Assembly: GCA_038063455.1 (NCBI GenBank)
Contig: JBBTVB010000004.1
Location: 75 to 64,074 of the forward strand
Direction: 5' to 3'
DNA length: 64,000 nucleotides
Source: Patescibacteria group bacterium
Lineage (GTDB): Bacteria > Patescibacteriota > Patescibacteriia > PEXW01
Notes under the pieces: generated by a model
Told to the model about the DNA's origin: nothing
The model's database searches: none
Seen by the model: the letters and a program-made list of their open reading frames with translations, nothing else
Shown here: one piece after another, positions 25,003 through 33,208 of the stretch
How the letters are laid out: each line of letters starts with the position of its first letter
How positions within the stretch are numbered: the first letter of the stretch is position 1
Program-made: the position numbers and the translations under genes

Positions 25003-25710
25003 ATGCAAGCACCACACAAAATCCTCGGCAAGAAGCTCCTCGTCATAACCGCCCACCCGGATGACGAAAGTTACGTTATGGCCGGAACCTTGGCGGCCAA
25101 TGCCAAGGCGGGCGGGCAGAGCATGATTGTCTGCGCCACGGCCGGCGAGAAAGGCGCCTCACATCTAACCCGAGCAATACCGGCGCGGACTCTGGCACAA
25201 CGCCGAAAGCAGGAACTCCATGCGGCCTGCTCTGTGCTGCATGTAAACCACGTGTGCATTTGCAACCTGCCGGACGGCAGACTGGCCCAGCGTATGCCTG
25301 CTTTTAGCCGAGAAATTACGAAGGCTATACAATCGTACACCCCTGATATTGTGGTGAGCTTTGGGCCGTGCGGCATCACCGGCCATGCCGACCATATTGC
25401 CGCCGGGAAAGTGGGGCAGGGCATTGCCAAAAAACTGGGCGTGCCATTTGCAGCCGCGGTGCTCTCGCCAAAACTCCAGCGCGCGGCAAAAGCCTTTCTG
25501 CAAAGCCGTCGGAAAACTGGGCACTACAAAAACACTGTGCGCTTCGTGGAGCCCAATCTCACTATTCGTATAGCTGCCCGCGACAAGCGCCGCGCGCTCC
25601 GCTGCCATGCCTCCCAGATGGATGCTGGGAAGCTCTTTACCGGCTTTCCAAAGTACATTGTCGAAGGGCTCTTGCACCATGAATACTTCCGTATATGGAA
25701 AATCCGCTAG
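25003..25710 (+). CDS. PIG-L/LmbE-family deacetylase
   Basis: LLVITAHPDDE motif and a later HADH. Start set at ATG 25003. Confidence 0.8.
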   Translation: MQAPHKILGKKLLVITAHPDDESYVMAGTLAANAKAGGQSMIVCATAGEKGASHLTRAIPARTLAQRRKQELHAACSVLHVNHVCICNLPDGRLAQRMPAFSREITKAIQSYTPDIVVSFGPCGITGHADHIAAGKVGQGIAKKLGVPFAAAVLSPKLQRAAKAFLQSRRKTGHYKNTVRFVEPNLTIRIAARDKRRALRCHASQMDAGKLFTGFPKYIVEGLLHHEYFRIWKIR

Positions 25711-26405
25711 CACGTAATCCCACCGTCAAAAAAATCCTCGTCGCGCTGCCCAGTGCTACTGAACTCTTTGTGGTGGGCGGCGCTGTGCGCGATGCCTTAC
25801 TCAACCGACCGGTCACCGACCTTGACCTCGTCGCGCGCGGCATAGACCTGCTCGACCTTAAAGCCGCACTGGCGTCACTCGGTACTGTGAACGCCACTGG
25901 TGAACAGTGGAGTGTGCTCTCGCTTGCCTTGGATGGCAGAACCGTTGATGTCGCTTTGCCTCGGGAAGAAAAGCTACGCACGGGTGATGGCGGCTACTTT
26001 GACACGCAGGCGCAAGCCAACCCTGCACTCCCCATCGAAACCGACCTCACGCGTCGCGACTTCACCGTTAACGCAATGGCGCTCAACGTGCGAAGCGGGG
26101 AGTTGGTAGACCCCTACCATGGCCAATTAGATGTCCAACAAAAAATCCTGCGCACCGTCGGCAACCCAGTCACCCGTTTCGCGCAAGACCACTCCCGCAT
26201 CCTGCGCTGCCTGCGGTTTGCTACGCAGCTAGGATTTGCCATTGAGCCCATTACGTGGGAAGGTCTCCGCACGGTGGTGGCGCAGGTTGGCCAGCTCAAG
26301 GTGCCCAAGCGCATCTGGGAGCGCGAGTTTGCCAAAGCCCACGCCGACCTCGAAACTCTTCACGACTGGCTACGCAAAGCCGGGATCGAAGCAACCCATG
26401 CCTAA
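25695..26405 (+). CDS. tRNA nucleotidyltransferase (CCA-adding family), head/neck only (236 aa)
   Basis: VGGAVRDALL..DLDLV, RRDFTVNAMA and QDHSRILRCLRF motifs. No body/tail region follows. Confidence 0.8.
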   Translation: MENPLARNPTVKKILVALPSATELFVVGGAVRDALLNRPVTDLDLVARGIDLLDLKAALASLGTVNATGEQWSVLSLALDGRTVDVALPREEKLRTGDGGYFDTQAQANPALPIETDLTRRDFTVNAMALNVRSGELVDPYHGQLDVQQKILRTVGNPVTRFAQDHSRILRCLRFATQLGFAIEPITWEGLRTVVAQVGQLKVPKRIWEREFAKAHADLETLHDWLRKAGIEATHA

Positions 26406-26456
26406 GCCCAGCACCACTTTGCTGCTCGGAAATGTCCATACTATATCAATCAACAA

Positions 26457-27188
26457 ATGAACAATCAGGATAATAAAGCGGTGCTGGGTGAAAACGTCCA
26501 CATTATTGCCGAAACCCCCGACTACCTGGTGCTGGAGAAGCCTAGTGGTTTGCTGGTGCACGCAGCTAACCACCACCCCGGGGCGGACACGCTGGTGGGC
26601 TGGCTGCTGGAACACTACCCAGACGTGAAAGGCGTGGGCGAGGAAGCTGACCGCCCCGGTATTGTGCACCGGCTAGATATGGACGTCTCTGGCGTCATGG
26701 TAGTGCCGCGTACCCAGGCGATGTACGACCACCTCAAACAGCAATTCCAAAACCACGAAGTAGAAAAAATGTACTTGGCCCTCGTGCATGGTGTGCCGGG
26801 CAAGCCGGATGGAACCATCTCCTTTGCCCTTGGCCGCTCGCGGCGCAATGCCGGCCGCATGGCCAGCCAACCTGCCGCGACGAATAAAACCCGTGGCGCC
26901 GTGACGCGCTACGCGGTCAAAGAGCAGTTTCGTCATTTAACGCTCTTGGAAATTACCATCGAAACCGGCCGCACCAACCAAATCCGCGCGCACCTACTGG
27001 CCTTTGGTTTGCCAATAGTGGGGGACACCGTGTATGCCAGCAAGAGCGTGAAGCAAAAAGTGGTACTCGACCGGCCCTTCTTGCATAGTTGGAAGCTCGG
27101 CTTTACGGACCTGCAGGGAGTAAAAATTTCCAACGAGTCACCGCTCCCTATACAGCTGCAGGATCTGCTGCAAAAACTCCGAGGCTAA
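26457..27188 (+). CDS. RluA-family pseudouridine synthase
   Basis: GIVHRLDMDVSGVMVV catalytic-Asp motif and GRTNQIRAHL. Confidence 0.9.
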   Translation: MNNQDNKAVLGENVHIIAETPDYLVLEKPSGLLVHAANHHPGADTLVGWLLEHYPDVKGVGEEADRPGIVHRLDMDVSGVMVVPRTQAMYDHLKQQFQNHEVEKMYLALVHGVPGKPDGTISFALGRSRRNAGRMASQPAATNKTRGAVTRYAVKEQFRHLTLLEITIETGRTNQIRAHLLAFGLPIVGDTVYASKSVKQKVVLDRPFLHSWKLGFTDLQGVKISNESPLPIQLQDLLQKLRG

Positions 27189-27196
27189 CGCTACCC

Positions 27197-27700
27197 ATGC
27201 ACACCTTCCTGCTGATTATCGGCATACTGCTGATGTTCGTATGCCTGACCACGGCGCTTAACCACATTAGCTACCAGATTTTAAAAAAGCGCATCATTGC
27301 CAAACGCAAAACCTGGGGGCTGAATATCTGCTGCGGCTTCACCGATGGCGGCGGGGTGAATGCGGACGTGGTGCAATTTGCCAACGTGCCGAATTTTGTC
27401 CTGCTCAAAGATGTGTACCACCTGCCGTTCGCCGATAAACAGTTTGATTCTGTGCTCTGCTCCCACACGCTCGAACACGTGGACGACCCCGAGCGTTTCT
27501 TCGCTGAGCTGCAGCGGGTGGGTAAAGAGGTCGTGCTCATCCTGCCGCCACTGTGGGATATCTCGGCGGCCTTAAATATCCTCGAGCATCGGCATATTTT
27601 CCTGACGCTCAAAAAAGAGCATCGGGTTATTCCGCCATATATCGTCCTGCCCTTGGCCGCCCTTATCCAGCGCTGGCGGGGACAGCGGATGCACGCCTAA
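27197..27700 (+). CDS. Membrane-anchored class I SAM-dependent methyltransferase-like protein
   Basis: N-terminal TM helix, then LNICCG...LPFADKQFDSVLCSHTLEHV (Methyltransf_11-like). Confidence 0.65.
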   Translation: MHTFLLIIGILLMFVCLTTALNHISYQILKKRIIAKRKTWGLNICCGFTDGGGVNADVVQFANVPNFVLLKDVYHLPFADKQFDSVLCSHTLEHVDDPERFFAELQRVGKEVVLILPPLWDISAALNILEHRHIFLTLKKEHRVIPPYIVLPLAALIQRWRGQRMHA

Positions 27701-27748
27701 GGCTCACCCTTGACGAACCCGCCGCACATCCGTACACTACGCAGGCAT

Positions 27749-28114
27749 ATGGACACTATCCACGAAGCCGCAAAATCCAAGCTCCGCACCGACCTCCCCG
27801 CCCTCAAGCCGGGGATGGTGGTAAAGGTGCACCAAAAAATTAAGGAGGGCGACAAAGAGCGCATCCAAATTTTTGAGGGCACAGTGCTCGACGTCCGCCA
27901 TGGCCAAGGCCTGCACGGCACGTTTACCGTCCGTAAAGTCTCCGAAGGTGTGGGCGTGGAGCGTATCTACCCCTTCCACACCCCAATCATTGCCAAGATC
28001 GACATCGTGAAGCAGTTCAAGGTCCGCCGCGCCACGCTCTCGTACCTCCGCGACAAAACCTTTAAGAAGCGTTTGAAGGAAGTCCGCAAGGACACAACCA
28101 AAAAGAAAGCCTAG
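27749..28114 (+). CDS. rplS: 50S ribosomal protein L19
   Basis: [29 protein letters not shown]...TFTVRK is L19. TTGACG-N17-TACACT ends 10 nt before ATG 27749. Confidence 0.92.
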   Translation: MDTIHEAAKSKLRTDLPALKPGMVVKVHQKIKEGDKERIQIFEGTVLDVRHGQGLHGTFTVRKVSEGVGVERIYPFHTPIIAKIDIVKQFKVRRATLSYLRDKTFKKRLKEVRKDTTKKKA

Positions 28115-28196
28115 TCGAATAGTGCCACTACTTAGTTCGGACCCGCTTCGTTGCCACCCTGTGAGCGCGAAGGCTCTTACCTTGACCTACAAGCGC

Positions 28197-28225
28197 TTGA
28201 AAGTTTCACGAGTCTTCGCTAGTAT
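28197..28225 (+). promoter_or_regulatory. Sigma70-like promoter (TTGAAA-N17-TAGTAT) for tRNA-Leu
   Basis: Hexamers read directly; the -10 ends 24 nt before the tRNA 5' end. Confidence 0.4.
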
Positions 28226-28249
28226 TGGTCGTACGCTTTAATCCTCTAC

Positions 28250-28336
28250 GCCGCGGTGCTGGAATTGGTATACAGGCTACCTTGAGGTGGTAGTGCCCGC
28301 AAGGGCATGGAGGTTCAAGTCCTCTCCGCGGTACCA
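28250..28336 (+). tRNA. tRNA-Leu, anticodon GAG (long variable arm, CCA encoded)
   Basis: Anticodon stem CTACC/GGTAG with loop TTGAGGT, variable arm TGCCCGCAAGGGCA, T arm GGAGG-TTCAAGT-CCTCT. Confidence 0.9.
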
Positions 28337-28488
28337 AGCGCGCCGACATCACCTAGGTGGTGCCGGGGCGCTTTTGTGTTACCAGGACTAGAGGCTACAA
28401 TATAAAATTATTGCCATGTTGAAGTGGGTTGCATAATAGACTACTCTTTAAGCATTAGTCTCATAAGTCCCTGAGCCGGGGTAGATAT

Positions 28489-28944
28489 ATGCAGAAACCA
28501 TTAAAATTTATCGAGACGCAAAAGTTGATGGTTATTGCTTCTCACAATAAGAAGGATATTTGGGTTGCGAATGTATATTTTGGGATTGACGAAAAAGCGA
28601 CAATGTATTTTATCAGCCCAAAAAATACAAAACATAGCCGGATGATACTAGAAAACCCAAAGATTGCTTTTTCAGTCGCTTGGTTCGACCCCCGTAATCA
28701 CAAAAATAGAAAGGCGGTACAAGGGCTTGGGGTTTGCAGACCGGCAAAAAATCTAGTTGAAATTGCAACTGGGGTTAAGTTGCTTTATAAAAAATTTGCC
28801 GATCTTCGCGATATACTTACGGTTAAATGGATAATGACAAATTCATGGGGAACTAAAATCTGGGTGCTTAAGCCAAAGTATATGAAATATTGGGATGATG
28901 AAATGTATGGTGATGATGAAAGCAAAAAATTTATTTTCAAGTAG
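28489..28944 (+). CDS. Pyridoxamine 5'-phosphate oxidase-like FMN-binding split-barrel protein
   Basis: Size and pattern (MVIAS...WVANVYF...MYFIS...H) resemble the PNPOx-like family. AT-rich island. Confidence 0.5.
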   Translation: MQKPLKFIETQKLMVIASHNKKDIWVANVYFGIDEKATMYFISPKNTKHSRMILENPKIAFSVAWFDPRNHKNRKAVQGLGVCRPAKNLVEIATGVKLLYKKFADLRDILTVKWIMTNSWGTKIWVLKPKYMKYWDDEMYGDDESKKFIFK

Positions 28945-28947
28945 CAT

Positions 28948-29694
28948 ATGCATTTAAAAAATAAGAGAATTCTCATAACCGGAGCTTCAAGCGGTATAGG
29001 GCAAGCCATAGCGATTTCTTGCGCCCAAAAAGGTGCAGTTATTCTTATTAACTACCGAAAAAACCCCAAGGGCGCACAACATACTCTCAAGGAGGTTCAG
29101 AAATACTCCGAGGGGTCTATTTTTCAAGCCGACCTCACAGATGAGCAGGAAATTCAAAAAATGTTTTTAAAAATTTATAACGAGGTTGGCGAAATTGACC
29201 TTTTAGTGAATAGTGCTGGTGACGCACAATCTGGAGACTTTTTTGATAACGAACAATGGAAAGGCCAATTTGAAAGCATATTTTTTTCTGCTCTCCATGT
29301 TTGTCAAAATTTTCTTAAACAAAACGTGGGGTCTTCTTTAAGAAAAATTTTAAATGTCAGTTCATGCTACGGGAACATTGGTACGGGCAATACAACATAT
29401 TTTGCGTATTCAGTCGCAAAGGCGGCGCTATCAAGTATGACTGTTAATCTTGCGAAAATTGACGGACGAGTTTTAGTAAACGCAATTGCACCTGGCTACA
29501 CATGGACCCCACCTTGGGAGGGAACATCTGAGGCAGAGAAATAGATGTATGCATCAAAAACTATAATAAATAGATACATAACGGCCGATGAAATTGGGCA
29601 GGCGGCTGTTGGAATTCTTGAAAATGATGCAATTACTGGACAAATCATCACTATTGATGGTGGACTCTCTTTGCAAAAATTTGAAGAAAAATAA
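28948..29694 (+). pseudogene. Short-chain dehydrogenase/reductase with a single in-frame TAG (29542-29544)
   Basis: ITGASSGIGQAIA, NSAG, YxxxK (YSVAKAAL) and NAIAPG, then TAG, then in the same frame MYASKTIINRYITADEIGQAAVGILENDAITGQIITIDGG, the SDR C-terminus. Confidence 0.7.
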
Positions 29695-29719
29695 ATGGGC
29701 GGTGATAATTTGTTGCTAT

Positions 29720-30121
29720 ATGCCAAAGGCCTTACCTTCCTTCACCCTCACGCACACCTTCCAGGCCACACCCGCAGAAGTATTTGAGGCGCTGACGAGT
29801 AGCAAGGCCTTAGCCGAATGGAGTGGCGAGGGGAGCGTAAGCAAGAAAGTTGGCGGCGCTTTCAACATGTTTGACGGTTGGGTGGAAGGCAAAGTTCTGG
29901 CGTACAAACCCGGGAAGGAGCTGGCCTACACCTGGAAAACTACTGAATGGCCAAAAGAATGGGAGCCGTCTGAAGTTCGATACATTTTTACAGCAACCAA
30001 AACCGGAACCAAAGTCACCCTCACGCATACCAATCTACCCAACGTCAAAGAAGCGAAGGACCATAAATCCGGCTGGGCAGAGCATGTGTTTGAACCTTTG
30101 GCAGCATTCCTGGCCGATTAA
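29720..30121 (+). CDS. SRPBCC/AHSA1-like domain protein
   Basis: FQATPAEVFEALT...LAEW...G.F......G.VL...P...L.Y.W pattern. Start ATG 29720. Confidence 0.65.
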   Translation: MPKALPSFTLTHTFQATPAEVFEALTSSKALAEWSGEGSVSKKVGGAFNMFDGWVEGKVLAYKPGKELAYTWKTTEWPKEWEPSEVRYIFTATKTGTKVTLTHTNLPNVKEAKDHKSGWAEHVFEPLAAFLAD

Positions 30122-30260
30122 ATTTCTTGGCGGTCTTGCCCGAAGAAGTTTTCTTGTTTATACTGCTTATCCCAGATCGTTCGAAAACAGTCTCGGCACC
30201 CCCGCACATCTTGCGGGCGGTAACCTAGCTTTACTATTTTTGTAATCTAACGCAAACCCC

Positions 30261-30734
30261 ATGCTCACTGTTCGCAAGGCCACCGCCGAGGATGCCCTCC
30301 AGGTTGCCGAAGTCCTGAAGGCAAAGTACCGCTTTCCGAGCGTGCAAGAAGCAAAGGCTATTTTTGCGTACGAGCGCGAGTACCACCACTTCCGCGTAGC
30401 CGTTGATGACGATCGGATGGTTGGCCTTATTAGCTGGCGACAGCAGGGCACCCTAGCGCACGGCGTGGCAGAGGTAACACGCTTTGCGGTGCTAAAAGAT
30501 GCGGTCGACCCCGTGCAGGTAAAAGAATTGCTTTTTGATGCAACTATAGCCGAAGCAGAAAACCACTACGAGCACCACCACAGCAAATTGCGCAAAATTT
30601 TCTCGCTTATCCACGCAGATAATAAACGCCTACAAACCTTCTACGCCAACAAAGGCCTGCATCAAGAAGCCGTGCTCAAAGACCACTTCCGATTGGGCCA
30701 GGATGAACTAGTGTTCTCAAGGTTTTTTGCCTAA
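30261..30734 (+). CDS. GNAT-family N-acetyltransferase
   Basis: Size and FAV...N.R...FY...G core pattern. Confidence 0.65.
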   Translation: MLTVRKATAEDALQVAEVLKAKYRFPSVQEAKAIFAYEREYHHFRVAVDDDRMVGLISWRQQGTLAHGVAEVTRFAVLKDAVDPVQVKELLFDATIAEAENHYEHHHSKLRKIFSLIHADNKRLQTFYANKGLHQEAVLKDHFRLGQDELVFSRFFA

Positions 30735-30845
30735 GTACTTTACGGCATCGCCGAGCGCGACGCGCTCCTTTTGTGCTTGACAAATGGGCCTAGCATGCCA
30801 AGATTTGTGCAAATACATTGCACCTACAACTCATAAGGAGGATGC

Positions 30846-31244
30846 ATGCGTTACAGCCCAGTCATTCTGATTCCGTGCCTTGTGGCACTTTCCAGCTGCG
30901 GCTGGCCACCGGCACAGACCATTCGCAACAGCCGAGCACCTTACGGGGGAAAAACCGACACCGCATCTGTGGTGGCAGATCTCTTTTTCGAACTTAAGCA
31001 AAACGTACCAAACCCCTTTTCTGATAGTACGACCATTAAGCTTGAACTCACGGCTGCTGACACAGTGCTGCTAACCATTTACTCGGCATATGGTAGTAAA
31101 GTCGCAACACTGGTAGATAGCATGCTCCCTGCAGGCGTGCACCGCTTTGTCTGGAATGCTGATAATTACCCAAGTGGGATCTACTTCTACCAAGTGCATG
31201 CGTTCGACCGTAAAAAAACGAAAACAATGGTGTTGCTTCGCTAG
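30846..31244 (+). CDS. Lipoprotein consisting almost only of a T9SS-type C-terminal sorting / FlgD-Ig-like domain
   Basis: Lipobox LSSC. LKQNVPNPFSDSTTIKLEL...LLTIYSAYGSKVATLV...GVHRFVWNA...SGIYFYQV...KTMVLLR matches the Por/T9SS CTD pattern. AAGGAGG SD. Confidence 0.7.
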   Translation: MRYSPVILIPCLVALSSCGWPPAQTIRNSRAPYGGKTDTASVVADLFFELKQNVPNPFSDSTTIKLELTAADTVLLTIYSAYGSKVATLVDSMLPAGVHRFVWNADNYPSGIYFYQVHAFDRKKTKTMVLLR

Positions 31245-31267
31245 CTGAAAGAATCACACATCCACAT

Positions 31268-31328
31268 AAGCCGCTTCAATGAAAGCGGCTTTCTTCTTGG
31301 CTCAACGCCGCCACCAGTGGTAGGATAG
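31268..31328 (+). repeat. 61-bp terminator+promoter module, copy 1
   Basis: AAGCCGCTTCAATGAAAGCGGCTTTCTTC hairpin plus T-run, then TTGGCT-N18-TAGGAT. About 90% identical to 32521-32581. Confidence 0.8.
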
Positions 31329-31353
31329 GCGTATTCACACTTGCCTTACACTT

Positions 31354-31770
31354 ATGGACCCAAAGATCTTCGTTGCCATGAAAGCCTTCATTGTCCACCA
31401 GGGCAAAGTACTTATTTTACGGGAATCCACAAAGTACGCTGAGGGCACCAACGCCGCAAAATATGATATCGTTGGCGGGCGCATAAAGCCCGGCCAGGCT
31501 TTTGATGAAAGCCTGCGGCGAGAGATCCGCGAAGAAACCGGTCTGGAAGTGCAACTTGGCCGGCCCTTCTACGTGGGCGAGTGGCGGCCGGTAGTGAAAG
31601 GCGAACAATGGCAAGTAGTGGCAACGTTCTTTGCCTGTGCCGCAGACACGGAGACGGTGAAGCTCAGCGAAGACCATGATGACTACCAATGGATTGATCC
31701 GAAAGAACATGCAAACTACAACCTCATACCCAACCTGCTACCGGCTTTTGAGGCGTACAATAAAGCATGA
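31354..31770 (+). CDS. Nudix hydrolase
   Basis: Nudix box GGRIKPGQAFDESLRREIREETGL. Confidence 0.9.
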   Translation: MDPKIFVAMKAFIVHQGKVLILRESTKYAEGTNAAKYDIVGGRIKPGQAFDESLRREIREETGLEVQLGRPFYVGEWRPVVKGEQWQVVATFFACAADTETVKLSEDHDDYQWIDPKEHANYNLIPNLLPAFEAYNKA

Positions 31771-32189
31771 ACATCTACTTTGCCGGTTCGATTCGTGGAG
31801 GAGCGGCCGACCGCGAGCACTACCTACAGCTCATTACCTTTTTGAAAAAATACGGCACCGTCCTCACCGAACACGTCGGGGACACCAATCGTTCGGCCCA
31901 TGCGGAAGACGCCGCCAGCATTACCGCAATTTACGAGCAGGATATGGGCTGGCTCAAGCAGGCTGACGTAGTCATTGCCGAAGTAACCAGCCCGAGCCTT
32001 GGGGTAGGCTACGAAATTGCCACGGCCGAAAACCTGGGTAAACCAATCCTGTGTTTGTACCGCCCCTTGCCGGGCACAAGCCTTTCGGCAATGCTTCGCG
32101 GCAGCCAAAAACTTAAAGTAAAAGAATATGCCACCCTTGCCGAAGCCACAGACGCTATAGTAGAGTTCTTAAACACACAAAAGGAATAA
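31767..32189 (+). CDS. 2'-deoxynucleoside 5'-phosphate N-hydrolase (DNPH1/Rcl-like)
   Basis: IYFAGSIRGG...YGTVLTEHV...WLKQADVVIAEVTSPSLGVGYE...GKPILCLYRP...LSAMLRG tracks the DNPH1 family along its whole length. Confidence 0.85.
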   Translation: MNIYFAGSIRGGAADREHYLQLITFLKKYGTVLTEHVGDTNRSAHAEDAASITAIYEQDMGWLKQADVVIAEVTSPSLGVGYEIATAENLGKPILCLYRPLPGTSLSAMLRGSQKLKVKEYATLAEATDAIVEFLNTQKE

Positions 32190-32192
32190 CGC

Positions 32193-32498
32193 ATGACCAT
32201 CTATAACAAACTCGTACGCGACAAGATTCCAGAGATTATTGCCGCCAAAGGCGGGTCGGCAAAAACCCACGTTGCTTCGGCAGAAGAGTACGAAGCAAAA
32301 CTTTTGGAAAAACTCCAAGAGGAAGTAAAGGAATTCATTGCGGACAAGAGCCCCGAAGAGCTGGCCGATATTGAGGAGGTGCTGTCCGCAATCTACGCCC
32401 ACTTTGGCTTCTCCCGCGAAGAAATAGAGGCCATCCGTCAAAAGAAGGCTCAAGAACGCGGCGGATTTACAAAACGTATTATTCTTGAAGAAAGCTAA
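32193..32498 (+). CDS. MazG-superfamily (PRA-PH-like) NTP pyrophosphohydrolase
   Basis: YNKLVRDKIPEII...KL.EE..E......EELADI.EV is the all-alpha NTP-PPase pattern. Confidence 0.7.
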   Translation: MTIYNKLVRDKIPEIIAAKGGSAKTHVASAEEYEAKLLEKLQEEVKEFIADKSPEELADIEEVLSAIYAHFGFSREEIEAIRQKKAQERGGFTKRIILEES

Positions 32499-32520
32499 AA
32501 GGGTGCTCCTGCTCACATTC

Positions 32521-32581
32521 AAGCCGCTTCAATTGAGGCGGTTTTCTTCTTGGCTCAACGCCGCCGCCAGTGGTAGGATGG
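32521..32581 (+). repeat. 61-bp terminator+promoter module, copy 2
   Basis: AAGCCGCTTCAATTGAGGCGGTTTTCTTC then TTGGCT-N18-TAGGAT. Confidence 0.8.
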
Positions 32582-32614
32582 ACCTACCTCAACCAACACA
32601 TTTGTCACATTCTT

Positions 32615-33208
32615 ATGAGCAAAGTAAATAATCGCGATATCCAGCTACTATTTGAAATTAGCTCCCTCAACAACATGGCCCGGGGCTGGACGCAACACGT
32701 TGGTATGCGCACTGCCAGCATAGCCGAGCACACCTACCGGATGATGTGGATAGCCCTCTTGCTAGCCAAGGCCGAAGGCGCGGACGAAGGCAAAACCCTG
32801 CGCATGGCTTTTGTTCATGACATTGTGGAAACCCGCATTTCTGACCTCTCGTACGTGCAGAAAGTGTACGTGCATGCGGATGAGGAACAAGCGGCTACGG
32901 AAATGTTCGACGGCACGAGTTTTGGGGACTACAAAGAGCTCCTAGACGAATACGAACGTCGAGAATGTCTGGAGGCAAAAATTGTAAAAGATGCAGACAA
33001 TCTGGATGTAAGCTTTGAAATTAAGGAGCTTGAAGCGCGAGGCTCGCAAGTTGCAACCCGTTGGCAAAAAGAGACTCGCCCTATCGTTCGAGAAAAACTC
33101 TACACCAATACGGCCCGTGAGCTATGGGATGCGGTTCAAAATGCATCCCCAGACGACTGGCACCTAAAGGTAAATAAGTGGCTACGTCAGCCAAATGCAG
33201 GAAAATAG
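32615..33208 (+). CDS. HD-domain phosphohydrolase (YfbR-like 5'-deoxynucleotidase family)
   Basis: SIAEHTYRM...AFVHDIVETRISD (H...HD...D metal ligands) and a later DADNLD. Confidence 0.75.
   Translation: MSKVNNRDIQLLFEISSLNNMARGWTQHVGMRTASIAEHTYRMMWIALLLAKAEGADEGKTLRMAFVHDIVETRISDLSYVQKVYVHADEEQAATEMFDGTSFGDYKELLDEYERRECLEAKIVKDADNLDVSFEIKELEARGSQVATRWQKETRPIVREKLYTNTARELWDAVQNASPDDWHLKVNKWLRQPNAGK

Noticed and set aside
29588-29719. N-terminal 44-aa extension of the SRPBCC protein in the track ORF, and the apparent gene-free gap after the SDR stop.
   Set aside because: This stretch is actually the in-frame C-terminus of the SDR read in another frame. The SRPBCC domain starts at ATG 29720.
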